A stretch of DNA of 64,000 bases from Actinomycetes bacterium (GCA_025355765.1 JANXZB010000037.1:689-64688), one strand, 5' to 3'; positions 19,660 to 32,522 are shown, counted from the first letter of the stretch. Numbers and translations are program-made. The notes: generated by a model from the sequence alone, not told the origin.

Positions 19660-20714
19660 TGCGCAAAGTTGAGGTCAAGGCCGAGCACGCGTACGAGATT
19701 CTGATCGGATGCAAGTGGCAGCAAGAACTTGCACCGTTAATGAAGGATCGCTCACGTGTTGCGATTGTTGTATCTTCGGCAATGCGTTCTCGAGTTGGCG
19801 AAATCGAGGCCGAGGGCACCGAGGTACATTTTTTCCAGATTCCAGATGGAGAGTCTGGAAAGGACGCCACGGTGTTGGAGTCATTGTGGGGTCAGTTGGG
19901 AAGGGCTGGCTTCACTCGTAGCGATCTTGTCGTTGCAATTGGCGGGGGAGCCACTACCGATATTGCAGGCTTTGCCGCGGCCACATGGCTACGTGGTATC
20001 GATTGGATCGCTATTCCGACAACATTGGCGGGAATGGTCGATGCTTCCGTCGGCGGTAAGACGGGAATGAATAGCGCCTTCGGTAAGAATCTTGTCGGTG
20101 CCTTTCATTCTCCGATAGCGGTACTCGTAGATTCAAAATGGCTGGAGACGCTCAGTGATAGGGATTTCGCTGCTGGACTTGCCGAAGTAGTCAAGTGCGG
20201 ATTTATCTCCGATCGCGAGATTCTCACTTTGTTATCCGGCAAGAGCTTGTCCGAAGTGCGAAGCTCAAAAAGACTTACTGAGGAATTGATACTCCGCTCG
20301 GTCAATATTAAGGCCGATATCGTGGGAGTAGATTTCAAAGAAGGTTTCGCCCGTGAGGTACTCAATTACGGGCACACCATGGGTCATGCAATCGAGCTGC
20401 ACAGCAAGTATCAACTGCGCCATGGCGAGGCGGTGTCTATCGGGCTTGTATATATCGCTGAACTCGCCCATCTCAAAGGGATCTTGTCTGAAGAACTTGT
20501 CGGACTGCACCGGTCCCTTCTTTCGAGGTTGGGTCTGCCCATAACCTATCCCGCAGCCGCTTGGGAAGATCTACAACCATTTCTCTCCTTGGATAAGAAG
20601 GCTCGCGGCAAGGCTCTCCGGTTCGTAGCTATTTCCAAGATCGGCACGACGCTTCGCCTTGAAGGGCTTGCACAGAGCGAATTGCTAAAGGCGTATGAGA
20701 GGGTTAGTTCATGA
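19659..20714 (+). CDS. aroB: 3-dehydroquinate synthase
   Basis: 351 aa with GGGATTDIAGFAA and the metal-binding His residues (HTMGHAIE...HGEAV). Confidence 0.93.
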   Translation: MRKVEVKAEHAYEILIGCKWQQELAPLMKDRSRVAIVVSSAMRSRVGEIEAEGTEVHFFQIPDGESGKDATVLESLWGQLGRAGFTRSDLVVAIGGGATTDIAGFAAATWLRGIDWIAIPTTLAGMVDASVGGKTGMNSAFGKNLVGAFHSPIAVLVDSKWLETLSDRDFAAGLAEVVKCGFISDREILTLLSGKSLSEVRSSKRLTEELILRSVNIKADIVGVDFKEGFAREVLNYGHTMGHAIELHSKYQLRHGEAVSIGLVYIAELAHLKGILSEELVGLHRSLLSRLGLPITYPAAAWEDLQPFLSLDKKARGKALRFVAISKIGTTLRLEGLAQSELLKAYERVSS

Positions 20715-21145
20715 AGATTCTGATCATTAACGGACCGAATTTGTCTCGGTTGGATATTCGGGATTCGTCGATCTACGGTGATCTCTCTTACAAAGAGTTA
20801 GTGAACTTGATTACTTCGCATGCTTCGACGTTAGGTTTCACGGTAGATGTTCGTCAGAGTGACGATGAGGCTCAGATCATTAAATGGCTCCATGAAGCAT
20901 CCGATTCCAATCTGCCCGTGATCATTAATCCAGCTGCATTCACGCATTACTCCTATGCAATTAGAGATGCTGCAGAGATGCTCAAGGCCCCATTGATCGA
21001 GGTACATCTTTCCAATCCGCTTTCGCGTGAGGAGTTCCGCCACACATCGGTCATTTCTGGCGTGGCCAGCGGCACAATCGCTGGTTTTGGGCCCAATTCC
21101 TATCTTCTGGCCCTGGATGCCATGCGTACGCTCTTGCAAAAGTAG
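20711..21145 (+). CDS. aroQ: Type II 3-dehydroquinate dehydratase
   Basis: 144 aa with the motifs ILIINGPNL..L and HLSNP..RE.FRH. Confidence 0.93.
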   Translation: MKILIINGPNLSRLDIRDSSIYGDLSYKELVNLITSHASTLGFTVDVRQSDDEAQIIKWLHEASDSNLPVIINPAAFTHYSYAIRDAAEMLKAPLIEVHLSNPLSREEFRHTSVISGVASGTIAGFGPNSYLLALDAMRTLLQK

Positions 21146-21208
21146 TGGCATATAGCAGGTATCCTTCTCACCTTGACGTGAAATACGCGCTCAGGGATTG
21201 GATTGATC

Positions 21209-21769
21209 GTGGCATCAACAAACGACCTTAAGAATGGCATGACGCTAGATATCGATGGGCAACTCTGGAACGTCGTCGAATTTCAACACGTGAAGCCGGG
21301 AAAAGGTCCGGCCTTCGTGCGCACCAAACTCAAATCGGTCATGACTGGCAAGGTTGTCGATCGGACGTACAACGCCGGGGTCAAGATTGATATTGCAATC
21401 CTCGAGAAGCGCGATATGCAGTACTTGTATCACGATGGATCTGATTACGTTTTCATGGACACGAAGACCTACGATCAAGTCTCGATCCCATCAGAGGTAG
21501 TCGGAGACGCCGCGAAGTACATGCTTGAGAACACCGATGCTGTCGTTGCTGTCCATGAGGGCATACCCCTCTACATTGAATTGGCTGCGTCCGTGCCGTT
21601 GACCATCACTTACACAGAGCCAGGCCTGCAAGGGGATCGATCCTCTGGTGGGACTAAGCCCGCAACTCTGGAAACTGGACTTGAGATTCAGGTGCCACTA
21701 TTTATCAAGCAAGACGAGAAGGTCCTAGTTGACACACGAGACGGTTCGTACCTAGGTCGCGCCAACTAG
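21209..21769 (+). CDS. efp: Elongation factor P
   Basis: The GTG at 21209 gives the typical N-terminus [10 protein letters not shown], and the KPGKG loop is present. The ORF track starts at a TTG at 21203. Confidence 0.94.
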   Translation: MASTNDLKNGMTLDIDGQLWNVVEFQHVKPGKGPAFVRTKLKSVMTGKVVDRTYNAGVKIDIAILEKRDMQYLYHDGSDYVFMDTKTYDQVSIPSEVVGDAAKYMLENTDAVVAVHEGIPLYIELAASVPLTITYTEPGLQGDRSSGGTKPATLETGLEIQVPLFIKQDEKVLVDTRDGSYLGRAN

Positions 21770-22191
21770 TGAGCGCCCGAAGCAAGGCCCGAAAACAGGC
21801 ACTCGATATTCTTTTCGAAGCCGACATCCGCCAGTCATCGGCTTCAGATCTACTCGAGTCACGATTGGTGGTTGAAGAGGGACCTGACGCACGTCCGATG
21901 CGCGAATTTGCCAAGGCTCTCGTGAACGGAGTTATCGATCATCGAAGGAAGATTGACGAACTCATTTCAACGTATGCGCAGGGTTGGGATATGGATCGAC
22001 TGCCGATCGTAGATCGAAATATCTTGCGAATCGCGATTTTCGAAATTCTCTGGGGCGAGGAGATTCCCGACGCCGTTGCAATCGATGAGGCGTTGACGAT
22101 GGCTGCTCTGCTCTCAACTGAAGAATCCGCCGGCTACATCCATGGTGTCCTGGGCAGAATCTCATCAATCAAGGGTGATTTAGCTCTGTAA
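21769..22191 (+). CDS. nusB: Transcription antitermination factor NusB
   Basis: 140 aa with ARSKARKQALDILFEADIR. Conserved efp-nusB pairing. Confidence 0.92.
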   Translation: MSARSKARKQALDILFEADIRQSSASDLLESRLVVEEGPDARPMREFAKALVNGVIDHRRKIDELISTYAQGWDMDRLPIVDRNILRIAIFEILWGEEIPDAVAIDEALTMAALLSTEESAGYIHGVLGRISSIKGDLAL

Positions 22192-22708
22192 CAAGAAGTC
22201 CCTTCTCATTTAGCCAGTTCAAGATCGCTTCCTCGTTCATTAACGTCATGATGGACAACGTGGAGAGATCCCCATTCCGAAGACTCATGATTTCGCCATT
22301 CCAATCACAACGTCTGGTGGCTATCCAGGCAAGGAAGGCTGAGAAGGTCATAAGGATTGGATCGCTTTGGGCGAGAGGGTCTTGGGCTAGAGCCCGGGTG
22401 CGTCGCAAGTCCACCATCATTTCTGTCCTCGTAAGCGTGGGGGCCGTCTTTTCTGGAGCCGCAAGCAGGTGTTGAAGAGGGATAGAGAATATTTCAGCAA
22501 TGTCGATCGCCCTGGTCAGGCTTAGGGAACGATCACCTCGTTCGTAGGAGCCCAGGACCACTGCTTTGAGTGAACCGCGCGAGAGTCTTTCGACATCTGC
22601 CAGACTCCAACGGCGTTCCAGCCGAAGCGAGCGAATTCGATGGGCGATACTGGCCGGCGTCGGTTGAGTGGGTATGGCATCTGGTGATGTTTTTCGCTGC
22701 GATTTCAT
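22169..22708 (-). CDS. bldD: BldD-like XRE-family developmental/c-di-GMP-responsive transcriptional regulator
   Basis: 179 aa with an N-terminal HTH containing KAVVLGSYERGDRSL. The C-terminal domain has RCD-x8-RNGD, matching the BldD RXD-X8-RXXD c-di-GMP motif. It lies between nusB and pyrR, as in Streptomyces. Confidence 0.85.
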   Translation of the reverse strand: MKSQRKTSPDAIPTQPTPASIAHRIRSLRLERRWSLADVERLSRGSLKAVVLGSYERGDRSLSLTRAIDIAEIFSIPLQHLLAAPEKTAPTLTRTEMMVDLRRTRALAQDPLAQSDPILMTFSAFLAWIATRRCDWNGEIMSLRNGDLSTLSIMTLMNEEAILNWLNEKGLLVTELNHP

Positions 22709-22721
22709 GGGGTAAGCCTAG

Positions 22722-23381
<660 letters not shown>

Positions 23382-23383
23382 TC

Positions 23384-24334
23384 ATGCGCCATCTTCTCTC
23401 GACAGCTGATCTTTCTTACGCTCAGGCAAACAAGATCCTTGATACTGCCAAGGAAATGGCCCGCATCTCCGAAGGACCCGTAAAGAAATTACCGACGTTA
23501 CGTGGTCGGACGATCGTCAATCTTTTCTTCGAAGACTCTACCCGCACCAGAATTTCTTTCGAAGCAGCCGCTAAACGCCTATCCGCAGATGTCATAAATT
23601 TCTCGGCCAAAGGATCAAGCGCGAGCAAGGGCGAGTCTTTGAAAGACACCGCGCAAACATTGCAGGCGATGGGAGCCGATGCGGTCATCCTCCGCCATTC
23701 GGCTTCAGGAGCTGCTCAACGGCTTGCCTCATCGCACTGGACAACTGGCAGTGTTATTAATGCCGGTGACGGAACACATGAACATCCAACGCAAGCGCTT
23801 CTGGATGCCTTCACAATTCGCAAACATCTGCGCGGTGGCACTGGCGACCTTCGTGGCTTAACGGTGGCAATAGTCGGAGACATTCTGCATTCGCGCGTTG
23901 CCCGATCCAATATTCATCTTCTAAACCTGCTTGGAGCGCAGGTAATTTTGGTTGCCCCGCCGACCTTGATTCCGCTAGGCGCCGAAAAGTGGCCCGTTCA
24001 AATTTCCTACGACCTTGATGCAGTTTTACCACTGGTTGATGCAGTCATGATGCTCCGCGTGCAACAAGAGCGTATGAATGATTTCTTCTTTCCAACAGCG
24101 CGCGAATACTCGCACTATTACGGATTGAATTCGGATCGTCTCAAATTGATGAAGCCAAATTCACTAATCATGCACCCAGGACCGATGAACCGTGGCCTTG
24201 AGATCACGGCCGAAAGTGCCGATAGCGCGCGTTCGGTAATCCTCGAACAAGTAACAAACGGGGTAAGTGTCAGAATGGCAGTTTTATATCTACTCCTTGC
24301 TGGCGCTCCAAATGAAGGTGGGGATCTGATCTAA
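23384..24334 (+). CDS. pyrB: Aspartate carbamoyltransferase catalytic subunit
   Basis: 316 aa with STRTR, HPTQ and HPGP motifs. Confidence 0.95.
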   Translation: MRHLLSTADLSYAQANKILDTAKEMARISEGPVKKLPTLRGRTIVNLFFEDSTRTRISFEAAAKRLSADVINFSAKGSSASKGESLKDTAQTLQAMGADAVILRHSASGAAQRLASSHWTTGSVINAGDGTHEHPTQALLDAFTIRKHLRGGTGDLRGLTVAIVGDILHSRVARSNIHLLNLLGAQVILVAPPTLIPLGAEKWPVQISYDLDAVLPLVDAVMMLRVQQERMNDFFFPTAREYSHYYGLNSDRLKLMKPNSLIMHPGPMNRGLEITAESADSARSVILEQVTNGVSVRMAVLYLLLAGAPNEGGDLI

Positions 24335-25647
24335 TGACCGACTACTTAATCGATGGCGGAGTCCTCGCACATGGCAAGAATGTGCAAGTCTTGATTAGTG
24401 ACGGACGCATAGTCGAGATAGATCGCATAGTTTCCAGTCCCAATGCAGTCAATGCGGTACGCGTTGATGCTCGTAACTGCCTCATCTTGCCTGGGTTCGT
24501 TGACCTTCATACTCACCTGCGCGAACCAGGAAGAGAGGATTCAGAGACGGTTGAATCCGGTTCGCGCGCGGCTGCCAAAGGTGGATTTACCGCAGTTTCG
24601 GCCATGGCCAATACCTTCCCCGTCGCGGATACCGCCGGGGTCGTCGAACAGGTTTATGCCTTAGGCCAAGCAGCAGGTTTGTGTGATGTCTTTCCCATCG
24701 GAGCCGTCACGCAAGGATTAGCGGGACAGGCTCTGGCTGAATTGGGGGCGATGGCTGATTCAAAAGCTCGCGTTCGCATATTCAGTGATGATGGAAATTG
24801 TGTTTTTGATCCCATCGTCATGCGTCGTGCCTTGGAATACGTGAAGAAATTCAATGGCGTAATCGCACAGCATGCCCAAGACCCGCAACTCACTAAAGAC
24901 GCTCAGATGAACGAGGGGTTTCTCTCCTCGCGGTTGGGAATGAAAGGGTGGCCATCAGTTGCGGAAGAATCGATCATTGCCCGCGATGTCCTTCTTGCCG
25001 ACCACGTTAAGTCGCGTCTGCATGTCTGTCATGTAACAACCTCTGGCGGGGTGGACATAATTCGGTGGGCAAAAGCGCGTGGAATTCAAGTGAGCGCCGA
25101 AGTAACTCCGCATCATCTGCTGCTGACCGAAGATCTGGCTACTTCGTATGACCCCATGTACAAAGTCAACCCTCCATTGCGCACTCAGAAGGACGTCATG
25201 GCGCTGCGAGAGGGCCTGGCCGATGGCACAATCGATGTCGTTGCCACTGATCACGCTCCACATTCGGCCGAGAGCAAAGAGTGTGAATGGCAAGCAGCGG
25301 CATTTGGAATGCTAGGACTTGAGACTGCATTCTCGATTGTTCAAGCCACGATGATAGATACAAAGATGATGACATGGAGCGATCTTGCCGATCGGATGTC
25401 CACGGCTCCGGCGCTTATCGGCGGATACTCCGATCACGGTCAATCATTGAGGGTCGGATCAAGGGCGCATATTGCCATTGTCAATCCCACGAGAGGCTGG
25501 CAAGTCGATCGCGACCTCGTTGCATCTCGCAGCAAGAACACTCCTTACCACGGGATGGAATTTTCTGGATCTGTCGTGGCGACCTTCTTCAGAGGCGTTC
25601 CAACAGTTCTCGATTCCAAGTTAGTTAGGTCAAACAATGGCAACTAA
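24334..25647 (+). CDS. pyrC: Dihydroorotase
   Basis: 437 aa with the [10 protein letters not shown] metal-binding motif and an amidohydrolase fold. Confidence 0.93.
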   Translation: MTDYLIDGGVLAHGKNVQVLISDGRIVEIDRIVSSPNAVNAVRVDARNCLILPGFVDLHTHLREPGREDSETVESGSRAAAKGGFTAVSAMANTFPVADTAGVVEQVYALGQAAGLCDVFPIGAVTQGLAGQALAELGAMADSKARVRIFSDDGNCVFDPIVMRRALEYVKKFNGVIAQHAQDPQLTKDAQMNEGFLSSRLGMKGWPSVAEESIIARDVLLADHVKSRLHVCHVTTSGGVDIIRWAKARGIQVSAEVTPHHLLLTEDLATSYDPMYKVNPPLRTQKDVMALREGLADGTIDVVATDHAPHSAESKECEWQAAAFGMLGLETAFSIVQATMIDTKMMTWSDLADRMSTAPALIGGYSDHGQSLRVGSRAHIAIVNPTRGWQVDRDLVASRSKNTPYHGMEFSGSVVATFFRGVPTVLDSKLVRSNNGN

Positions 25648-26758
25648 GGCTTTCTTTGTACTCGATGACGGAAGAATTTTTGAAGGAAAAAGTTGGGGCG
25701 CAACCGGAAAGACCTTCGGCGAAGCGGTTTTTGCTACTGGAATGACTGGCTACCAGGAGACATTGACTGACCCGTCGTATCACAAGCAAGTCGTTGCCAT
25801 GACTGCACCTCATATTGGCAATACCGGAGTCAATTTTGAAGATAACGAGTCGCACAAAATTTGGGTGGCAGGCTTTGCAGTCCGAAATCCCTCGACCGTG
25901 ACCAGCAACTGGAGAAGCTCTGGGAATCTGGAAGAAGTGCTAGTTCAGCAAGGAATTGTCTGCATCCAAGGCATTGATACGCGCGCCCTTACTCGTCATC
26001 TTCGCGATCGTGGAGCCATGCGTGTAGGTATTTTCTCGGACATGAACATGAGTCGCGAAGAGATGGTGATCGAGGTTCGAAAAAGCCCATCCATGCTCGG
26101 AGCGCACTTGGTCGAAGAGGTCTCTACTTCTGAGACATACATCGTGCCCGCAATAGGGGAGAAGCGATTTACTGTGGCGGCCCTTGATCTAGGTATCAAA
26201 CACTCAACGCCTAGATTGCTATCCGAACGCGGTGTCGAAGTACACGTCATGCCTTACAGCACCACCTTTGCTCAAATTGGAAAGATGGCACCGGATGGCG
26301 TATTCCTCTCAAACGGTCCAGGAGATCCAGCGACAATGAATGAAATTGTCGATCTGGTCAGAGCCATCCTTACCGCCGAGATTCCTATATTCGGAATCTG
26401 CTTCGGCCATCAAATACTTGGCAGGGCCCTTGGCTTTACTACCTACAAACTTCAGTTCGGACATAGAGGAATCAATCAACCTGTCCTTGATAAGACAACC
26501 GGTAAGGTGGAGATCACTGCACACAACCACGGTTTTGCGTTGCAGGCTCCGACTGATGACACTTTTTCAACCGTGTACGGGCCAGGCGAGGTCAGTCACA
26601 TTAGTCTAAACGATGGGGTTGTCGAAGGAATCCGAATGTTGGAAATTCCCGCTTTCAGTGTCCAGTACCACCCAGAGGCGGCAGCTGGCCCTCATGATGC
26701 GGCTTATTTATTTGATCGGTTCATTGAAATGATGTCTACGAAACGAGAAGAAGCCTAA
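25637..26758 (+). CDS. carA: Carbamoyl-phosphate synthase small (glutaminase) subunit
   Basis: 373 aa with the GATase triad region (GICFGHQ...HNHG). Confidence 0.95.
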   Translation: MATKAFFVLDDGRIFEGKSWGATGKTFGEAVFATGMTGYQETLTDPSYHKQVVAMTAPHIGNTGVNFEDNESHKIWVAGFAVRNPSTVTSNWRSSGNLEEVLVQQGIVCIQGIDTRALTRHLRDRGAMRVGIFSDMNMSREEMVIEVRKSPSMLGAHLVEEVSTSETYIVPAIGEKRFTVAALDLGIKHSTPRLLSERGVEVHVMPYSTTFAQIGKMAPDGVFLSNGPGDPATMNEIVDLVRAILTAEIPIFGICFGHQILGRALGFTTYKLQFGHRGINQPVLDKTTGKVEITAHNHGFALQAPTDDTFSTVYGPGEVSHISLNDGVVEGIRMLEIPAFSVQYHPEAAAGPHDAAYLFDRFIEMMSTKREEA

Positions 26759-29700
26759 TGTCACTCGATACTTCCATTAATAGCGTCTTGGTTATTGGCA
26801 GTGGTCCGATTGTCATAGGACAAGCATGTGAGTTCGACTATTCGGGTACTCAGGCATGCCGCGTCCTTCGGGCCGAGGGGATTCGCGTCATTCTCGTAAA
26901 CTCTAACCCCGCGACGATTATGACCGACCCTGAATTTGCAGATGCCACATACATTGAACCGATCACCCCGGAGTACCTCGAGCGTATTATCGAGATAGAA
27001 AGACCCGATGCACTTCTCGCAACTCTCGGCGGCCAGACAGCTCTTAACGCGGCTATCGCGCTCCATGACCGTGGAACGCTTGAGAAATTCGGAGTGCGCC
27101 TAATTGGTGCCGACGTGGATGCCATCCAACGCGGTGAGAACCGCGAGCTCTTCCGCGGAATAGTCGAGAAAGTCGGCGGCGAGTCCGCTCAATCAATTAT
27201 CTGCCACACACTTGAAGATTGCTTTACCGCGGCCGAATTACTCAGTTATCCCGTCGTGGTCAGGCCCTCATTCACCATGGGTGGACTTGGCTCGGGGATA
27301 GCTTTTGATTCCACCGAACTTGCGCAGATAGCGGGTGCGGGTTTGCGTCACAGCCCGACGTCAGAGGTGCTGCTGGAGGAGTCAATCTTAGGATGGAAAG
27401 AATTCGAACTTGAGGTGATGCGTGACCACATGGACAACGTTGTCATTGTCTGTGGAATCGAGAACGTCGATCCGATGGGTGTTCACACGGGTGATTCAAT
27501 AACAGTTGCTCCTGCAATGACATTGACCGACGTGGAATACCAGAAACTGCGAGATCTATCTTTGAAGATCATCAGGGAGGTTGGAGTCGACACCGGAGGG
27601 TGCAACATCCAATTCGCAGTAAACCCCGAAACGGGGCGGATCATCGTGATTGAGATGAACCCCAGGGTTTCCCGTTCAAGCGCACTCGCTTCGAAAGCAA
27701 CAGGATTCCCGATCGCCAAAATAGCGACCAAATTGGCGATCGGATACACGCTCAATGAGATCCAAAATGACATTACCAAGGTGACACCGGCATCCTTTGA
27801 GCCCACTTTGGATTATGTTGTCGTAAAAGTGCCACGTTTTGCTTTCGAGAAATTTCCGGACGCGGATCCTCGGCTGACTACGACCATGAAGAGTGTTGGC
27901 GAAGCGATGGCAATTGGTCGTTCCTTTGCTGAGGCACTTCAGAAAGCCTTACGTTCCCTGGAGCGGAAGGAGGCACCATTTACTTTCCCAGCCGAACGAA
28001 ATGAAAGCATTAAATTGGCCCTCCTTGCTTCGATGCAGATTCCGACGGAGTATCGACTCAAGGAAGTTCAGCAGGCACTCTGGCTAGGTGCAACCATTGA
28101 AGAGGTTTATGCCGCCACCAAGATCGATCGTTGGTACCTCAATCAAATCTGCATGATCAATTCCCAGGCCGAGGAAATCGCTGCACCTGGCGAATTATCC
28201 GAAGACCTACTCAAGTCAGCTAAACAGATGGGCTTTTCCGACTCGCAAATTGCCTCCTTACGTGGGGTTGCTGAGGAGGATGTGCGGAAACAACGTCACC
28301 ATCTCAATATCCGACCTGTCTATAAAACAGTTGACACCTGTGCTGCTGAGTTCGAAGCTTTCACTCCGTACCATTATTCAAGCTACGAGGAAGAAACTGA
28401 GGTGCGTCCGCGCACCAAGTCCGCGGTCATAATTCTGGGAAGCGGCCCCAACCGAATCGGTCAAGGCATCGAATTTGATTATTCATGCGTGCATGCATCT
28501 TTTGAACTACAGAAACATGATTTCGAGACGATCATGGTCAACTGCAACCCCGAGACCGTGTCTACCGACTATGACACCAGCGATCGTTTGTATTTCGAAC
28601 CGCTCACTTTGGAGGACGTACTCGAGGTCGTACACGCAGAAATGAAAGCAGGTCCCGTCATCGGAGTGATCACCCAATTGGGGGGTCAGACGCCTCTTGG
28701 TCTGGCTGCAGCGCTAAAGGCGGCCGGTGTGACAATTCTTGGCACCAGCCCTGAAGCAATCAACTTGGCTGAAGAACGCGGTGCTTTTGGATTAGTCCTA
28801 AAAGAACAGGGCCTTACTGCACCTTCATTTGGCATGGCCTCCTCGCACCAAGAGGCTCTACAGATTGCTCATCGAATTGGCTATCCGGTATTGGTGCGCC
28901 CCTCTTTCGTCCTAGGCGGTCGCGGAATGGAGATCGTCTACGACGATGCCTCCTTGGGCGGCTTCATCACGCGTGCCACCGATATCACACCGGATCATCC
29001 AGTATTGGTCGATCGTTTTCTGGATTCGGCAATTGAGATTGATGTCGACGCACTCTTTGATGGACACGAACTCTTCCTCGGCGGAGTGATGGAGCATATT
29101 GAGGAGGCCGGTGTTCACTCAGGCGACAGTGCCTGCGTTATTCCATCGATGACATTGACTCCTGAACAGCATGTAGAAATTCGTAAGGCAACGGAGAAGA
29201 TTGCTCGGGGAGTAGGAGTAAGCGGCCTGGTCAACATTCAGTTCGCAATGGCCGAGAAGGTTCTCTATGTTCTCGAGGCTAATCCACGTGCCTCACGCAC
29301 GGTTCCATTTGTAAGCAAAGCAACCGGGGTTCCTTTGGCCAAGGCTGCTGCACGTATAGCACTCGGTGCAACCATCGCGGACTTGCGCATTGAAGGCCTG
29401 CTGCCGGCAGTAGGCGATGGTAAGGCCAACGGTGTCTCTGTGAAGGAGGCAGTCCTACCGTGGAATCGCTTCAGGCGCACTGATGGTCGCGGAGTCGATG
29501 CGGTTCTTGGACCTGAGATGCGCTCAACCGGGGAGGTAATGGGAATTGCGGAAACCTTCGGCGAAAGTTATTCAAAGTCGCAGATCAGCGCTTTCGGTCC
29601 CTTACCCAAATCGGGCCAAGTCTTCATTTCCCTTGCCGACAAAGATAAGGCGTCAGGAATTGAACCAGCACGCGCATTGGCGGCTATGGGCTTTGGATTA

Positions 29701-30027
29701 ATTGCCACCGCAGGCACTGCAAAAGTTCTGGCCGAGCACGGAGTCAAAGCCGCCACCGTACGTAAAAACTCCGAAGGCCCAGGTCTATTTGGTGAGAGAA
29801 CTGCAGTAGATCTCATATCCTCTGGAAGTATTGACCTAGTCATTAACACGCCAGTTGGCAGAGGTACCAGACAAGACGGTTGGTTGATTCGCACTGCCGC
29901 TGTACAGAGATCAATCCCTTGCATTACAACGACAGCCGGCTTTAACGCAGCCGTTTCAGGGATCGAGTCATTGCAGAAGGGCGAGTTCAGCGTGCGACCC
30001 TTGCAGGAATGGTTGGGTCAGATATGA
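26758..30027 (+). CDS. carB: Carbamoyl-phosphate synthase large subunit
   Basis: 1089 aa with duplicated ATP-grasp halves and a C-terminal MGS-like domain. Confidence 0.97.
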   Translation: MSLDTSINSVLVIGSGPIVIGQACEFDYSGTQACRVLRAEGIRVILVNSNPATIMTDPEFADATYIEPITPEYLERIIEIERPDALLATLGGQTALNAAIALHDRGTLEKFGVRLIGADVDAIQRGENRELFRGIVEKVGGESAQSIICHTLEDCFTAAELLSYPVVVRPSFTMGGLGSGIAFDSTELAQIAGAGLRHSPTSEVLLEESILGWKEFELEVMRDHMDNVVIVCGIENVDPMGVHTGDSITVAPAMTLTDVEYQKLRDLSLKIIREVGVDTGGCNIQFAVNPETGRIIVIEMNPRVSRSSALASKATGFPIAKIATKLAIGYTLNEIQNDITKVTPASFEPTLDYVVVKVPRFAFEKFPDADPRLTTTMKSVGEAMAIGRSFAEALQKALRSLERKEAPFTFPAERNESIKLALLASMQIPTEYRLKEVQQALWLGATIEEVYAATKIDRWYLNQICMINSQAEEIAAPGELSEDLLKSAKQMGFSDSQIASLRGVAEEDVRKQRHHLNIRPVYKTVDTCAAEFEAFTPYHYSSYEEETEVRPRTKSAVIILGSGPNRIGQGIEFDYSCVHASFELQKHDFETIMVNCNPETVSTDYDTSDRLYFEPLTLEDVLEVVHAEMKAGPVIGVITQLGGQTPLGLAAALKAAGVTILGTSPEAINLAEERGAFGLVLKEQGLTAPSFGMASSHQEALQIAHRIGYPVLVRPSFVLGGRGMEIVYDDASLGGFITRATDITPDHPVLVDRFLDSAIEIDVDALFDGHELFLGGVMEHIEEAGVHSGDSACVIPSMTLTPEQHVEIRKATEKIARGVGVSGLVNIQFAMAEKVLYVLEANPRASRTVPFVSKATGVPLAKAAARIALGATIADLRIEGLLPAVGDGKANGVSVKEAVLPWNRFRRTDGRGVDAVLGPEMRSTGEVMGIAETFGESYSKSQISAFGPLPKSGQVFISLADKDKASGIEPARALAAMGFGLIATAGTAKVLAEHGVKAATVRKNSEGPGLFGERTAVDLISSGSIDLVINTPVGRGTRQDGWLIRTAAVQRSIPCITTTAGFNAAVSGIESLQKGEFSVRPLQEWLGQI

Positions 30028-30866
30028 GTTCAATCAATCGCCATTCCAAGCAGATAACCGCCACAGTGGTAAGCAATAAGCGCATTGGTCAGTATCACCA
30101 GCTGCTTCTCAATATCGGCCATGTTGTAGAGAATGCACGCCCAGGCAATTTTGTGGCAATTAGCGTTGGGGGAGAGAACTCAGGGCTAATCCTGCGTCGC
30201 GCATTTGCAATATCTCGAGTCTCTCATCGCAGCGACAAAGGCGATGGCACTATGGAATTGATTGTTGCCCCGCATGGCTCCGGCAGCAAGTGGCTATGTT
30301 CACAGCCAGAAGGGGCCAGTCTCGATGTGGTCGTACCACTTGGCACTGCCTTCGGGATTCCCACAGAACCCGCGCAAGCCCTCCTCATTGGCGGCGGTTA
30401 TGGTTCGGCCCCGCTATTTGGTTTAGCGGAGGTACTGAAATCAAAGGGATGCCGCGTGGACATGATTCTTGGAGCAAGTACCGCTTCGAAAATTTACGCG
30501 CCCATTGAAGGCAAGCGATCAGTCAATTCGCTGAAAATATATACCGAAGACGGAAGTGCGGGAACCCTTGGCAAAGTAACCGACCCTATTCCTTCTTTGA
30601 TAGAAGAGGGATTGGTAGACGTCATCTATTCGTGTGGCCCTATGGCGATGCTTGCAGCCATTTCTCACATCGCCAATGCCGCCGACATCGTTCACCAATG
30701 CGCCGTTGAGGAATCGATGGCATGTGGCATCGGAGTCTGCATGACATGCGTCCTTCCAGTTGAGAATAGCGACGGGCAGATTGCGATGCTCCGCTCTTGC
30801 ATCGATGGGCCAGTGATGGATGGTTCCAGAGTCCAGTGGAACCAAGTCGGAAAGGTGGCGAAGTAA
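30024..30866 (+). CDS. pyrK: Dihydroorotate dehydrogenase (class 1B) electron-transfer subunit PyrK
   Basis: FNR-like flavoprotein with a C-terminal 2Fe-2S Cys cluster (C.....C..C....C: [12 protein letters not shown]...RSC). The ATG at 30024 overlaps the carB stop (ATGA). Confidence 0.85.
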   Translation: MSSINRHSKQITATVVSNKRIGQYHQLLLNIGHVVENARPGNFVAISVGGENSGLILRRAFAISRVSHRSDKGDGTMELIVAPHGSGSKWLCSQPEGASLDVVVPLGTAFGIPTEPAQALLIGGGYGSAPLFGLAEVLKSKGCRVDMILGASTASKIYAPIEGKRSVNSLKIYTEDGSAGTLGKVTDPIPSLIEEGLVDVIYSCGPMAMLAAISHIANAADIVHQCAVEESMACGIGVCMTCVLPVENSDGQIAMLRSCIDGPVMDGSRVQWNQVGKVAK

Positions 30867-30868
30867 CC

Positions 30869-31801
30869 ATGCCTGAATTCGACTTTTCAACTACGTTGGG
30901 ACCAGCTTGGTTTCCGACACCCCTGTTTACTGCCAGCGGATGCGCCAGTTCGGGCAAAGAGCTTTCTCAGTTCTTCCCCTTGCGTGACATCGGGGCTGTG
31001 GTTACCAAGTCGATAATGCTAAAGGCGCGTCCGGGCCGCCCAACGCCGCGAATGGCCGAGACACCTAGTGGAATGCTCAATTCCATTGGCCTGCAAGGCC
31101 CAGGCATCGACACTTTTCTGGCCAACGACATTCCTTGGCTTCTCCAACACAATGCCCGCGTCATTGTTTCTATCGCGGGGGAGAATGTGGATGAATATGC
31201 CGTTCTCGCTAGGAAGCTCAGGTCCGTTGAAGGGATTTCTGCAGTTGAGGTGAACATCTCGTGCCCCAACGTAGAGAATCGTGGCCTGGTATTTGCTTGC
31301 GACCCACAGGCATCACGTTTGGTGGTTGATGGAGTACGTCGCACATTGGGCGGGGACATACCTATTCTCGTCAAACTTTCACCTGATGTCACCGACATAG
31401 TTGAGATCGCCCGCGGTGTCATAGATGCCGGTGCCGATGGTCTCTCACTCATCAACACGATTCTTGGCATGGTAATTAACGTGGACACCATGCGCCCACA
31501 TCTGGCCGGCAAGACTGGAGGACTATCCGGTCCGGCGATACGTCCAGTTGCGGTTCGGGCGATCTATCAAGTGCACCAGGCATTTCCAAAAATTCCTATC
31601 CTTGGAATGGGCGGGGTGCGTTCGGGCCGCGACGCATTCGAACTGGTTCTAGCCGGTGCCAGTGGAGTAAGCGTCGGTACAGCCACGTTCTCAAATCCGA
31701 TGGCAGTCATCGATGTTCAAAACCAACTTCGTGAAATTCTCATGAGCAAAGGTTTCAACTCGTTAAAGGAGGCAGTGGGATTTGCCCATCGCGACGAATA
31801 G
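30869..31801 (+). CDS. pyrD: Dihydroorotate dehydrogenase, class 1B catalytic subunit
   Basis: The internal ATG at 30869, 2 nt after the pyrK stop, gives MPEFDFSTTL...FTASGC. It has a TIM-barrel DHODH with a catalytic Cys (NISCPN) and no N-terminal membrane anchor. Confidence 0.9.
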   Translation: MPEFDFSTTLGPAWFPTPLFTASGCASSGKELSQFFPLRDIGAVVTKSIMLKARPGRPTPRMAETPSGMLNSIGLQGPGIDTFLANDIPWLLQHNARVIVSIAGENVDEYAVLARKLRSVEGISAVEVNISCPNVENRGLVFACDPQASRLVVDGVRRTLGGDIPILVKLSPDVTDIVEIARGVIDAGADGLSLINTILGMVINVDTMRPHLAGKTGGLSGPAIRPVAVRAIYQVHQAFPKIPILGMGGVRSGRDAFELVLAGASGVSVGTATFSNPMAVIDVQNQLREILMSKGFNSLKEAVGFAHRDE

Positions 31802-31817
31802 AAAAGGAAAGTAACCC

Positions 31818-32522
31818 ATGAGTGCCAAAGCCCCGATTTTTCTTGCCATCGATACACCCGATCTTGATGTAGCGAAGGCATGGATCCAGGCGACACAGGA
31901 CTACCTCATGGGATTTAAATTGGGGCTGGAGTTCTTCCTTGCCTTTGGAAGTCAGGGAGTCAAAGAAATAAGAGAGATCACAGATGCGGACATCTTTCTT
32001 GACTTGAAACTTCACGACATTCCCAACACTGTTGCCGGTGCAACCCGCCAGGCTGCGTTATTGCAACCACGTTTCCTCACAGTCCATGCCTCAGGTGGCA
32101 AGGCGATGATCGCCGCAGCCGTCAACGAGGGACCAAAGATTGAAATTGCCGCTGTTACTGTCCTAACCTCCTTGGGCACCGATGATTTAAGGGAAATAGG
32201 CTTCAAATCCAGCCCGTTGGAATCGGCCGTGGCGTTGGCTACCTTGTCAAAGTCGGCTGGTGCCAGAGCAATTGTCTGCTCGCCATTGGAGATCGCGGCG
32301 GTTCGCCAGGCTGTGGGGCCAGAGGTTTCGATCATTACCCCGGGTGTCCGTCCAAGTGCCGAAAAGGTCTCTGATGATCAGCAACGAACGATGGACCCGA
32401 AGACTGCGATTGAGTCTGGTGCCAACTATTTAGTCATCGGGCGGCCCATAACCCAGGCATGGGCCCTTGGACCAGAAGCCATGCGGGACCGTGCCGCATC
32501 GATTGCATCTCAACTTAGTTAA
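31818..32522 (+). CDS. pyrF: Orotidine-5'-phosphate decarboxylase
   Basis: 234 aa with the motifs AIDT.D and LDLKLHDIPNTV. Confidence 0.93.
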   Translation: MSAKAPIFLAIDTPDLDVAKAWIQATQDYLMGFKLGLEFFLAFGSQGVKEIREITDADIFLDLKLHDIPNTVAGATRQAALLQPRFLTVHASGGKAMIAAAVNEGPKIEIAAVTVLTSLGTDDLREIGFKSSPLESAVALATLSKSAGARAIVCSPLEIAAVRQAVGPEVSIITPGVRPSAEKVSDDQQRTMDPKTAIESGANYLVIGRPITQAWALGPEAMRDRAASIASQLS

